Shown here piece after piece: positions 40,419-51,419 of a stretch of 64,000 nt of DNA (within the stretch, counting starts at the first letter, position 1; the number at the start of each line of letters is the position of its first letter). The translations under genes were made by a program, and so were the position numbers. The stretch comes from an uncultured Actinomycetes bacterium (lineage in GTDB: Bacteria; Actinomycetota; Thermoleophilia; Solirubrobacterales; 70-9), in contig CAVSJS010000007.1 in the NCBI GenBank assembly GCA_963728325.1, forward strand, positions 113,943 through 177,942. The letters run 5' to 3'. Below the pieces are notes generated by a model. It was given only the letters and a program-made list of their open reading frames with translations. It was not told where the DNA came from and ran no database searches.

Positions 40419-40431
40419 GAACACATGTTCG
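40418..40431 (-). promoter_or_regulatory. LexA (SOS/Cheo-type) box CGAACATGTGTTCG, abutting the GTG start of the radical SAM gene
   Basis: Perfect palindrome. The 12-nt core GAACACATGTTC is identical to the box upstream of lexA at 61852..61863. Confidence 0.6.
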
Positions 40432-40552
40432 CATATGGCCGGGACGTCAAGCCCCAACGAACGCGCTAGGCTCGCCTGGCCGGACAGTTCGACGGCGCGC
40501 CGAGCGTCGAAGACGCGGCATCGCAAGCCTCCGTCCAACCAAAGCAGGGAGC

Positions 40553-41959
40553 ATGGGAGAGCGAAGCGACGCGAGGAGGGGCTCGCGCAGGTCCTTTAAG
40601 CGTCTGGCGCGCCGGGAGGCGGTCGCCCTCTCGCTCGCCGGTTTGGTGCTGCTCCTGGCGACCGCGGGCGCGCTCGCCGTGACCGGCGACCTCACCCAGT
40701 CCGCAGGGAGCGCCGGCTGCGTCAGCGAGACGGGGGCGGGGCCCTGCGCCGACGGGCATGGGCTGAACCACCCGTTCTCGGTGGCGGTCAGCCCCGACGG
40801 GAAGAGCGTCTACGTCGCCTCGTACACCGGGTCCACCGTGATGCGCCTGGTGCGCAACACGACCACGGGGGCGATCACCCAGCCTGCCGGGAGCGCCGGC
40901 TGCGTCAGCGAGGACGGGTCGGGGCCGTGCGCCGACGGCCATGGGCTCGCCCTCCCGACCGGGGTGACGGTCAGCGCCGACGGGAAGAGCGTCTACGTCG
41001 GCTCCATCCTCAGCGACGCCGTGGCCCGCTTCAACCGCAACACGACCACCGGGGCGATCAGCCAGCCCGCCGGGAGCGCCGGCTGCATCAGCGAGACGGG
41101 GGCGGGGCCGTGCGCCGACGGCCACGGGCTCGAGGGCGCGCACTCGGTGGCGGTCAGCCCGGACGGTAAGAGCGTCTACGTCGGCTCGTTCGCCAGCGAC
41201 GCCGTGGTGCGCCTCAACCGCAACACGACCACGGGAGCGATCGGCCAGCCCGCCGGCAGCGCCGGCTGCGTCAGCGAGGACGGGGCGGGGCCGTGCGCCG
41301 ATGGCCATGCGCTCGAGGTCGTGACCGGGGTGGTGGTCAGCCCCGACGGAAAGAGCGTCTACGCCACCTCCGCCAGCAGCGACGCCGTGGTGCGCCTTGT
41401 CCGCGACACGACCACCGGGGCGATCAGCCAGCCCGCCGGCACCGCCGGCTGCATCAGCGGGACGGGGGCGGGGCCCTGCGTCGACGGCTTCGCGCTCGAC
41501 ACGCCGGAGTCCATGGCGATCAGCGCCGACGGGAAGAACGTCTACGTCGCCTCCTTCTCCAGGGACGCCGTGGTCCGCCTTATCCGCGACACGACCACCG
41601 GGGCGATCACCCAGCCCGCCGGGAGCGCCGGCTGCATCGGCGAGACGGGGTCGCCCTGCGCCGACGGCCGTGGGCTCAACGGCGTCTTCTCCGTGGCGAT
41701 CAGCCCCGACGGAAAGAGCGTCTACGTCGCCTCCTTCTACAGCGACACCGTGGCGCGCCTTGTCCGCGACACGACCACCGGGGCGATCACCCAGCCCCCC
41801 GAGAGCGCCGGCTGCATCAGCCAGACGGGGGCGGGGCCCTGCACCGACGGCCATGGGCTCGACGGCTCGCAATCGGTGGCGGTGAGCGCCAACGGGCAGA
41901 GCATCTACGTCGCCTCCGCCGACAGCGACGCCGTGGCGCGCCTCAACCGGGCGCCCTGA
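40553..41959 (+). CDS. Secreted seven-bladed beta-propeller repeat protein (lactonase/YncE-like repeats)
   Basis: TM/signal AVALSLAGLVLLLATAGALA, then seven ~60-aa repeats of the form AGSAGC(V/I)SE(T/D)GAGPCADGHGL...SVAVSPDGKSVYV.S..SD.V.R..R.TTTGAI. Confidence 0.7.
   Translation: MGERSDARRGSRRSFKRLARREAVALSLAGLVLLLATAGALAVTGDLTQSAGSAGCVSETGAGPCADGHGLNHPFSVAVSPDGKSVYVASYTGSTVMRLVRNTTTGAITQPAGSAGCVSEDGSGPCADGHGLALPTGVTVSADGKSVYVGSILSDAVARFNRNTTTGAISQPAGSAGCISETGAGPCADGHGLEGAHSVAVSPDGKSVYVGSFASDAVVRLNRNTTTGAIGQPAGSAGCVSEDGAGPCADGHALEVVTGVVVSPDGKSVYATSASSDAVVRLVRDTTTGAISQPAGTAGCISGTGAGPCVDGFALDTPESMAISADGKNVYVASFSRDAVVRLIRDTTTGAITQPAGSAGCIGETGSPCADGRGLNGVFSVAISPDGKSVYVASFYSDTVARLVRDTTTGAITQPPESAGCISQTGAGPCTDGHGLDGSQSVAVSANGQSIYVASADSDAVARLNRAP
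40691..41956 (+). repeat. Seven tandem ~180-bp coding repeats (the propeller blades)
   Basis: Strings such as cccgacgggaagagcgtctacgtc and caacacgaccaccggggcgatca recur at about 180-bp spacing. Confidence 0.7.
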
Positions 41960-41997
41960 GGCGACCTAGGCTTGCGCTGAACCGGGACCCGTCACGA

Positions 41998-43032
41998 TCA
42001 GGAGCCGTCCTCGCTCAGCTCGGCCGGCACCAGCTCCAGGCTCAGCTCGTCGCCGGAGCGCCAGACCGAGGCCCGGACCGGACGGTCGATCAGCTCCGCG
42101 GTCATCATCTGCTGTAGGTCCGCGGCGCTGGCGACGGCGCTGCCGTCCAGCTCCAGGATCAGGTCGCCAACCCGAAGCCCGCCGCGATCGGCGGGGCTGT
42201 CCGGCACGACCTCCACCACCTCGACGCCGGTGCGATCGCCCCAGCGTCCTCGAGCCCGGGGCGGAAGCGGGCGCGGGCCGCCGGCGACGCCGAGGAAGCC
42301 GCGCCGAACCCGGCCCTCCGTCATCAGGGCGCCGATGATCTTGCGGGTGGTGGCGTTGATCGGCACCGCCAGGCCCAGCCCGATTCCGGCGATCGCCGTG
42401 TTGATGCCCACCACGTGACCCCGTCCGTCGGCGAGCGCGCCTCCCGAGTTTCCCGGGTTGAGGGCGGCGTCGGTCTGGATCACGTTCTCGATGATTCGCG
42501 CCGGGCGACGAGCCGCCGGCGCGGGCAGCGCCCGCCCGAGCGCCGACACGACACCGGCTGTGACCGAGCCCTCGAGCCCGTGCGGGTTGCCGATCGCCAC
42601 CACCAGTTGGCCTACCCGAAGCTGATCGGCGTCGCCGAGCTCGGCAGGGGCGAGCCCGCCGTCCTCGGCCCGCACGATCGCCAGGTCGGAGAGTGGGTCG
42701 CGTCCGACGACCGAGAAGCGAAGCTCGCGTCCGTCGGTGAACGCCGCGCGGCCGCCGCTCGCCGGCGCGGCGACGACGTGCGCCGAGGTGAGGATGAAGC
42801 CGTCGTGCGTCAGTGCCAGGCCGCTGCCGGCGCCGACCGGCATCCCGCCTCGGCGCGTGCGCCGCTGGACGCGCAGGCTGGCGACCGCCGGCGCGAGGCT
42901 CTCCGCGACCCCGACCACGGCACGCGAGTAGGCGTCGAGCGCGTCGGCGTCCCCGTTCGGACGCCGCTTGGCCGGAGGCTCCACCGGGGTCCTCGAAGCG
43001 GCCGGCGTCCGTGCTTGGTCCACGCCCGCCAT
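41998..43032 (-). CDS. S1C (HtrA/DegP-like) trypsin-like serine protease with a PDZ domain
   Basis: LTSAHVV, IQTDAALNPGNSGGALAD, and a C-terminal PDZ-like VVPDSPADRGGLRVGDLILELDG. Confidence 0.8.
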   Translation of the reverse strand: MAGVDQARTPAASRTPVEPPAKRRPNGDADALDAYSRAVVGVAESLAPAVASLRVQRRTRRGGMPVGAGSGLALTHDGFILTSAHVVAAPASGGRAAFTDGRELRFSVVGRDPLSDLAIVRAEDGGLAPAELGDADQLRVGQLVVAIGNPHGLEGSVTAGVVSALGRALPAPAARRPARIIENVIQTDAALNPGNSGGALADGRGHVVGINTAIAGIGLGLAVPINATTRKIIGALMTEGRVRRGFLGVAGGPRPLPPRARGRWGDRTGVEVVEVVPDSPADRGGLRVGDLILELDGSAVASAADLQQMMTAELIDRPVRASVWRSGDELSLELVPAELSEDGS

Positions 43033-43934
43033 CAGGCGGGAACCCCGGCCAGCTCGACCTCGAGCTGGCGCTCCTCGGTGCCGCGAACCACCGTCACCGC
43101 TACCTCGCCGTTCGGTGCCGCGGCGTCCAAAACTCGGTGCAGGGCATCGATCCCGTCGACCTGCTCGCCGCCGGCGGCGACGATCAGGTCGCCGCGTGCG
43201 ATCCCGGCGTGAGCCGCCGGGCTTTCCTCCTCGACGCCGCGCACCAGCAGGCCTTCTCGCTCCGGCAGGCCGACGGCCTGCCGCATCCGGCGCGATACGT
43301 GTGCCGGCGCCACCGCAACACCGAGGAAGGGCCGCGCGGGCTCGTCGCCGCGCGCCAGCCGCTCGACCGCCTCGCGGAGCCCCGATGCCGGACCGAGCGC
43401 CACGATCAGCCCGCCCTCGAGGCGCAGAGCGTTGACACCGAGCAGGCGGCCGTCGGTGTCGAGCAGAGGCCCTCCGGCGGAGCCGCGCGGCAGCGTCGCC
43501 GTGTGCTCGATAGCGCCCGAAACCCGCCTGCCACGCGGGCCCCGGAAGCCGCGGTCCGCCGCGGCCACGAAGCCAAGGCTCGCACGCAGGCCCCGTCCAC
43601 CGGGATTGGCCAGGGCCACCACGGCGGTGCCGATCCCGACCTCGGCGTCCGCAGGCGCCCAGGAAAGCGGTTCGATCTCGCCGGTATCGACGTCCAACAG
43701 CGCCAGGCCCAGGTCGCGGTGGACGCCGACCAGCTCCGCGGTTTCGCTCCGTTGCTCGGCGAAGCTCACGCTGACTCCCTCGGAGCGCACGTGATGGGCG
43801 GCGGTCAGCACGCGGTTGGGGGCGATCACGGCGCCCGACCCGAACCGCCAGCCGCGCCCGATCCCGACCACGGCGGTGCCCTGCTTGCGCGCGAGCTCGG
43901 CGATCTCCGACTGGATCTCGTTGATCACGCTCAA
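43032..43934 (-). CDS. Second trypsin-like serine protease with a PDZ domain
   Basis: LTAAHHV, TATLPRGSAGGPLLD, and PDZ-like EEESPAAHAGIARGDLIVAAGG. TTG start with an AGGAGG 8 nt upstream. Confidence 0.75.
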   Translation of the reverse strand: MSVINEIQSEIAELARKQGTAVVGIGRGWRFGSGAVIAPNRVLTAAHHVRSEGVSVSFAEQRSETAELVGVHRDLGLALLDVDTGEIEPLSWAPADAEVGIGTAVVALANPGGRGLRASLGFVAAADRGFRGPRGRRVSGAIEHTATLPRGSAGGPLLDTDGRLLGVNALRLEGGLIVALGPASGLREAVERLARGDEPARPFLGVAVAPAHVSRRMRQAVGLPEREGLLVRGVEEESPAAHAGIARGDLIVAAGGEQVDGIDALHRVLDAAAPNGEVAVTVVRGTEERQLEVELAGVPA

Positions 43935-43999
43935 GATATAAACCTCCTAGTTACTTGCAACTTGCTAGTGACCTACACGAACAGCGTATCATCCGGTCC

Positions 44000-44500
44000 A
44001 TGCCTGCAAGGGGCGAAACCGACCCTCCGGCCGCCGGCGAGATCGGGGGCGAGATGGCGAGCGAGGCCGAGCGGTCCGACGCCGACTCACTTGCCTCCCC
44101 GGCCCTGGACGAGGCGCTGGCCATGGTCGGCGATCGCTGGACGCTCTTGATCATCGCCGCCCTGCTCGCCGGCGCCAAGCGGTTCGGGGAGCTGCAGCGA
44201 GAGCTCGGCGGGATCGCTCCCAATGTCCTCTCCAGCCGCCTGCGCCAGCTCACCGAGCGGCGCCTGGTGCTCGCCGTGCCGTACTCGCGGCGACCCGAGC
44301 GCTTCGTCTACGAGCTCACCGAGGCGGGTCGCGGGCTGGCCGCGCCGCTGCGGTTGCTCACCCAGTGGGGGGCGCGTCAGACGGGCGGCGCCACCGCCGT
44401 CCACGCCGCCTGCGGCAACCCGCTCGAGGCGGTGTGGTACTGCCCCACCTGCCAGGAGCCGGTCGCCGACGACGAGGCCGGCGAGCTCGACTACGCCTGA
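44000..44500 (+). CDS. HxlR-family winged-helix transcriptional regulator
   Basis: MVGDRWTLLIIAALLAGAKRFGELQRELGGIAPNVLSSRLRQLTERRLV...YELTEAGRGL. TATCAT lies 7 nt upstream of ATG 44000 (leaderless-like). Confidence 0.75.
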   Translation: MPARGETDPPAAGEIGGEMASEAERSDADSLASPALDEALAMVGDRWTLLIIAALLAGAKRFGELQRELGGIAPNVLSSRLRQLTERRLVLAVPYSRRPERFVYELTEAGRGLAAPLRLLTQWGARQTGGATAVHAACGNPLEAVWYCPTCQEPVADDEAGELDYA

Positions 44501-45432
44501 GTGGAGAGCCCGGCTCGCGGGTTGGTGATCGGCCGCACCTTGGCTTCGATCTGGTCCCGCATGTGCTCGATGAACGGCGGCAGCGAGAGCTTCTCGCCGA
44601 GGCTCTCGAGCGGCTCGTCAACGGTGAAGCCGGGGCCCAGGGTGGCGATCTCGAACAGGACGCCGCTAGGCTCGCGGAAGTAGACGGAGCGGAAGTAGAA
44701 GCGGTCGATCACCGGCGTCGGCCTCATCCCGGCCTCGACGGCCCGATCCCGCCAGGCCTCGTGCTCCTCGACGGACGACGCCCAGGCGACGTGATGGACC
44801 GTGCCGGCTCCCTGCAAGCCGGTCTCGGCCGGCGGCTCGTCGTAGGCGTAGATCGAGCCGCGCCTCTCCCCCCTCGCCTCCCAGAGAACGCCACCTTCCC
44901 CCTGGCCGCGCGAGGAGAACTCCAGCTCCTCGGCGAGCAACTTGGCGCTTCGCTCGGGGTCGGAGGCGTAGGCGCGGACGCCGTCGAAGCCCTGTAGCGC
45001 GAGCTCCGCCGGGATCTCGGGATGCTCGGCGGCCAGCGGCTCGTCGTCGACCTCCGGGACCAGCAGCTCGTGCTCGAGGCCCTCGGGATCGGCGAACCGA
45101 AGGCGACCGTCCGCGCGGTGCGTCTGCACCTCGCGTTCGCCCAGCCGCCCGGCCCAGAAGTCGAGGGCGTCGGCCGACCCGACCCGCCATACGATCCTGT
45201 GCACCATCCCGTCACCTGCCCGGCCGACCGGGATGTCCGGGTACTCGAAGAAGGTCAGGTCGGAGCCCGGATCGCCTTTCTCGTCGGCGTAGAAGAGGTG
45301 GTAGACGGTCGGGTTGTCCTGGTTGACCGTTTTCTTGACCAGCCGGAGGCCGAGCACCCCCGCGTAGAAGTCGACGTTGCGCTGCGCATCCGCGGTGATC
45401 GCCGTCACGTGGTGAATTCCCTCGAGTCTCAT
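44491..45432 (-). CDS. VOC-superfamily ring-cleaving dioxygenase (MhqO-like)
   Basis: IHHVTAITADAQRNVDFYAGVLGLRLVKKTVNQDNPTVYHLFYAD and a second VOC module GTVHHVAW...YFRSVYFREPSGVLFEIAT. Confidence 0.8.
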   Translation of the reverse strand: MRLEGIHHVTAITADAQRNVDFYAGVLGLRLVKKTVNQDNPTVYHLFYADEKGDPGSDLTFFEYPDIPVGRAGDGMVHRIVWRVGSADALDFWAGRLGEREVQTHRADGRLRFADPEGLEHELLVPEVDDEPLAAEHPEIPAELALQGFDGVRAYASDPERSAKLLAEELEFSSRGQGEGGVLWEARGERRGSIYAYDEPPAETGLQGAGTVHHVAWASSVEEHEAWRDRAVEAGMRPTPVIDRFYFRSVYFREPSGVLFEIATLGPGFTVDEPLESLGEKLSLPPFIEHMRDQIEAKVRPITNPRAGLSTQA

Positions 45433-45551
45433 CTGCCTGACGATAGCGACACTCCGGTGCGGCGAAAGGCCGGCGCCGAGCTTGTACGGAGTCCGCCGCC
45501 CGCGGTCGCTACTCTCGCCACTCCACCCCAAGGCCGAACCAGGGAGAGGGC

Positions 45552-46943
45552 ATGACCGTCGAGACCACCGCCACCGGCGCCTCCGCGATCGACCAGGCGC
45601 GGATCGCCGCGCTGACCAAGCGCGAGATGGCGAAGCTGGAGCAGCGCACCCCCGCCTCCAGGCAGCGCTACGAGCGCGCCGTCAAGGTGATGCCGAAGGG
45701 CGTCCCCTCCTCGTTCCAGGAGAACGATCCCTGGCCGGTGTACGTCGAACGCGGCGCCGGAACCCGCGTCTGGGACGTCGACGGGAACGAGTACATCGAC
45801 TTCCACAATGGCTTCGGCGTCATGTGCATCGGCCACGCCAACCCGACCGTGGGCGCGGCGGTCAAGGCGCGGGTCGACCTCGGCACCCACTTCGCCGCGC
45901 CCACCGACGGCTCGATCGTGGTGGCCGAGGAGCTCACCCGCCGCTTCGGCCTTCCGCAGTGGCGGTTCACCAACTCCGGCACCGAGTCGACGATGGCCGC
46001 GGTCCATCTGGCTCGCGGCGCCACCGGTCGCGACGTGATCCTCAAGATCGAGGGCTCCTACCACGGCCACCACGACGCGGTGATGGTCTCGGTCTACCCG
46101 TCACTGGAGGAGCTCGGGGAACGCGACCACCCCCGGTCGGTCCCATACGGCGCCGGCTACCCGCGGGCGCTCACCGAGCTGACCCAGGTCGTGCCCTTCA
46201 ACGACGCCAAGGCGCTCGAGTCCGCCCTCGAGAGGCTGGAAGGCCAGGTCGCGGGGCTGATCATGGAGCCGGCGATGATGAACATCAACATCATCCCCCC
46301 CGCCGCCGGCTATCTGGAGCGGGTCCGCGAGCTCACCGCCGAGCACGATGCGAAGCTGATCTTCGACGAGGTGAAGACGGGCGCCACGATCTCCTGGGGT
46401 GGCGCCACGAAGCGCTTCGGCGTCAACCCGGACATCGTGACCCTGGCCAAGGCGATCTGCGGCGGCTACCCCGGCGGAGCAATCGGGATGACCGATGAGA
46501 TCGCAGAGCTGGTGGCCACCGGCCAGGTCCATCAGTACGGCACCTTCAATGGCAACCCGCTGGTGATGGCCGCATCCGTGGCCACCCTGACTGAGGTGCT
46601 CACGGAGGACGCCTATCCGAAGCTCGAGGCCACCAACGAGAAGCTGAAGGCGGGCTGCCAGGAGATCATCGATCGTTATGGCCTCCCCGCCTATACCGAG
46701 GGAATGGGCGCCAAGGGTTGCGTGATCTTCGCGGCGGAGCCGCTGCGCGACTACCGCGACTACCTGACCAAGGTCGACGCCGACCTAGCGACCCTCGCCT
46801 GGCTCTACCACATGAACCACGGCATCTTCATGACCCCCGGCGTCGAGGAGGAGTGGACGCTCTCGCTCGCCCACTCCGACCAGGACCTGGAGCGCTACGT
46901 GAGCGCCTTCGAGACCTTCGCCCGAGACGTCACTGCCGGCTAG
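45552..46943 (+). CDS. Class III pyridoxal-phosphate aminotransferase (GSA-aminomutase-like)
   Basis: DVDGNEYIDFHNGFGVMCIGHANP, NSGTESTMAAVHLARG, LIFDEVKTG and TLAKAICGG. Confidence 0.85.
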   Translation: MTVETTATGASAIDQARIAALTKREMAKLEQRTPASRQRYERAVKVMPKGVPSSFQENDPWPVYVERGAGTRVWDVDGNEYIDFHNGFGVMCIGHANPTVGAAVKARVDLGTHFAAPTDGSIVVAEELTRRFGLPQWRFTNSGTESTMAAVHLARGATGRDVILKIEGSYHGHHDAVMVSVYPSLEELGERDHPRSVPYGAGYPRALTELTQVVPFNDAKALESALERLEGQVAGLIMEPAMMNINIIPPAAGYLERVRELTAEHDAKLIFDEVKTGATISWGGATKRFGVNPDIVTLAKAICGGYPGGAIGMTDEIAELVATGQVHQYGTFNGNPLVMAASVATLTEVLTEDAYPKLEATNEKLKAGCQEIIDRYGLPAYTEGMGAKGCVIFAAEPLRDYRDYLTKVDADLATLAWLYHMNHGIFMTPGVEEEWTLSLAHSDQDLERYVSAFETFARDVTAG

Positions 46944-46951
46944 CCGCGGCC

Positions 46952-47329
46952 TCAGCCCAGGGCGGCGCGGGCGCTGTCGATGTCGTCGGTGGCGATCACG
47001 AGCTTGACGCCGAAGGTCGTGTAGGCGAGCTCGATGTTGACGTTCGCCTCCGCAAGCGAGCGGGCAAGCTCACCGAGCGTGCCCGGTCGATCCTCGATGT
47101 CGACCACCAGCACGTCGCGCTCGTCGGCGACCCCCATGCCCGTTTCCTCCAGCGCCCGCCTGGCCGCGGCCGCCCCGTCGTCGTCGACGAGGATGTGGAT
47201 GATTCCCCTTCCCTCGCCGGTGAACGCGCACATCCCCTGGAGGTTGACCCCGGCCTCGCCCGTGGCCTGGCCCAGCCGCGCCAGCTCGCCCGGCCGGTCC
47301 TGGAGAACCACTGTCAGGTCCTTCGGCAT
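46952..47329 (-). CDS. ACT-domain protein (tandem ACT)
   Basis: 125 aa. VVLQDRPGELARLGQATGEAGVNL and DIEDRPGTLGELARSLAEANVNI. Confidence 0.75.
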   Translation of the reverse strand: MPKDLTVVLQDRPGELARLGQATGEAGVNLQGMCAFTGEGRGIIHILVDDDGAAAARRALEETGMGVADERDVLVVDIEDRPGTLGELARSLAEANVNIELAYTTFGVKLVIATDDIDSARAALG

Positions 47330-47434
47330 CTGCCCTCCACTCCGTCGCGGGGTATATCAGCAGTGCCGCACGGCCGTTGGCGGCAAAGCAACCACGGCGG
47401 CTGAACCCGTCGGCAGCGGGGTAGCCTGAGAGAG

Positions 47435-49462
<2,028 letters not shown>

Positions 49463-49530
49463 AGGGCGCCCGGGGCGTGGCGCGGCCCCGCGGGGTTGAT
49501 GCGGTCGGTTCCCACCAAGGAGGACGATCG

Positions 49531-49743
49531 ATGACTCATGACTTCAAGCGAGGCGACCGGGTGGAGTGGAACTTTCGCGGCACGAAGGTGGTGGGCACAG
49601 TGCGAAGGAGGCTCACCTCCCGCACGGTCATCAACGACCGCGTGGTCGCCGCGTCGAAGGACGACCCCCGCTATCTGCTCAGAAGCGAGAGGACCGGAAC
49701 GGAGACCACACGCAGGGGGAGGACGCTTCGGCACGTCGAGTGA
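49531..49743 (+). CDS. DUF2945 (hypervirulence-associated Tudor-like) small protein
   Basis: FKRGDRVEWNFRGTKVVGTVRRRLTSRTVINDRVVAASKDDPRYLLRSERTG. An AAGGAGGA lies upstream of the ATG. Confidence 0.65.
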   Translation: MTHDFKRGDRVEWNFRGTKVVGTVRRRLTSRTVINDRVVAASKDDPRYLLRSERTGTETTRRGRTLRHVE

Positions 49744-49774
49744 ATGATTGGGTACACATACGGTCCTCGACTAA

Positions 49775-51139
49775 CTAGAGCACCGGCAGGAACTTGTCGA
49801 TCTCCCAGGGGGTGACCTGGACCCGGTACTCGTCCCACTCCTGGCGCTTGATCTCGACGAAGCGCTTGAACGTGTGCTCGCCGAGGATTCGCAAGACGAG
49901 CTCCGAGTGGGCGGCGATCTCGACCGCCTCCCCCAGCGTCTCGGGTAGCTCCTCGATACCGCGCTTCTCGCGCTCCTCCGGGGTCAGGTGGTAGAGGTTC
50001 TGCTCCATCGGCTCGGGGAGCTCGTAGCCGTGCTCGATCCCCTCGAGGCCTGCGTGCAGCATCGCCGCGAAGCACAGGTACGGGTTGCAGGCCGGATCGG
50101 GGCAGCGCAGCTCGGCCCGCGTCGCCTGCTCCTTGCCGGGGTGGTAGAGAGGCACGCGGATCAGCGCCGAGCGGTTGCGCCGTGACCAGGCCAGGTAGGT
50201 CGGAGCCTCATACCCGGGGACCAGCCGCTTGTAGGAGTTCACCCATTGGGCGAACAGCGGCGAGATCTCCCGGGCGTGCTTGAGCTGTCCTGCGATGAAC
50301 GCCTTCGCGGTCGGCGAGAGGTAGTACTGGTCGTCGGCGTCGAAGAAGGCGTTCCTGCCCTCCCGGACGAGCGATTGGTGGACGTGCATGCCAGATCCGT
50401 TTTCGCCGAACAACGGCTTCGGCATGAAGGTGGCGTGCCAGCCGTACTTCATCGCGTACTCCTTGACCGTGATGCGGTACGTCATGCAGTCGTCCGACAT
50501 CGAGAGCGCATCCTTGTAGCGCATGTCGACCTCGTGCTGGGAGGGGCCCACCTCGTGGTGCGCATACTCGACGTGGATGCCAAGCTGCTCCAGCGCCAGG
50601 ATCGTCTCACGCCGCACGTCGGAGCCGGCGTCGAGAGTCGTAAGGTCGAAGTAGCCACCCTCGTCGAGGACCTCCGGCGGGTCATCCCCGGGCTTTGCGG
50701 AGCGGAAGTAGAAATACTCGAGCTCGGGGCCGATGTTGTAGGTGTCGAAGCCCATCTCCTCGGCGCGCTTCAGCGCCCGCCGCAGGATCCACCGTGGATC
50801 GCCCTCATAGGGCTCGCCGCCCGGCACCTTGATGTCGCAGAACATCCGCCCTGTCGCCTTCTCCGCCGGGCGCCAGGGAAGGATCGCGAAGGTGGCCGGG
50901 TCGGGCTGGGCGATCATGTCCGACTCCTCGATCGGATTGAAGCCCGTGATCGAGGATCCGTCGAAGCCCATGCCGCCCTCGAACGCGTCGTCGAGCTCCT
51001 CGGAATTGATCGAGAAGCTCTTCAGCTGGCCGAGCACGTCGGTGAACCAGAGCCTGATGAAGCGGACATCGCGATCCTTGACGACCTTCATCACGTCGTC
51101 GGGCGTCTCCGCTCGCGCGGCGGCGGGATTGTCGGCCAT
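49775..51139 (-). CDS. glnA: Glutamine synthetase, type I
   Basis: VRFIRLWFTDVLGQLKSFSI, FDGSSITGF, PELEYFYF, HHEVGPSQHEVD, MPKPLFGENGSGMHVHQSL and RSALIRVP. An AGGAGGA lies upstream of ATG 51139. Confidence 0.9.
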   Translation of the reverse strand: MADNPAAARAETPDDVMKVVKDRDVRFIRLWFTDVLGQLKSFSINSEELDDAFEGGMGFDGSSITGFNPIEESDMIAQPDPATFAILPWRPAEKATGRMFCDIKVPGGEPYEGDPRWILRRALKRAEEMGFDTYNIGPELEYFYFRSAKPGDDPPEVLDEGGYFDLTTLDAGSDVRRETILALEQLGIHVEYAHHEVGPSQHEVDMRYKDALSMSDDCMTYRITVKEYAMKYGWHATFMPKPLFGENGSGMHVHQSLVREGRNAFFDADDQYYLSPTAKAFIAGQLKHAREISPLFAQWVNSYKRLVPGYEAPTYLAWSRRNRSALIRVPLYHPGKEQATRAELRCPDPACNPYLCFAAMLHAGLEGIEHGYELPEPMEQNLYHLTPEEREKRGIEELPETLGEAVEIAAHSELVLRILGEHTFKRFVEIKRQEWDEYRVQVTPWEIDKFLPVL

Positions 51140-51322
51140 CTGGTCCTCCTGTCGGGTTTGGTCAGGGACCGGTGGCCCCGCCCGCCGGTGCCGGCGGATC
51201 CACCGCGAGCGCGGAACCATATCGTCGGCGCCACCAGGTTGAACCGGACTCCAGCCCGCGAACGTACTCACGGTCAAACCGTGCCTGCGCTCTGCTTGCG
51301 CGGCGGCCCGTTCTTCGGTATA

Positions 51323-51339
51323 ACTTACGTAACGTAAGT
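51323..51339. promoter_or_regulatory. Perfect 8-1-8 palindrome ACTTACGTAACGTAAGT in the AT-rich divergent region between glnA and the CMD-family gene. Candidate operator.
   Basis: Read directly from the sequence. It is followed by TAAAGGTAAAGTAAAGGA. It lies about 185 nt from the glnA ATG and about 80 nt from ATG 51420. Confidence 0.4.
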
Positions 51340-51419
51340 AATAGGCTAAAGGTAAAGTAAAGGACGATTCAAGAGCACCTAAACGCCGCCAGGCGGGTGC
51401 GGGTCCATAGGGCCTCCCG

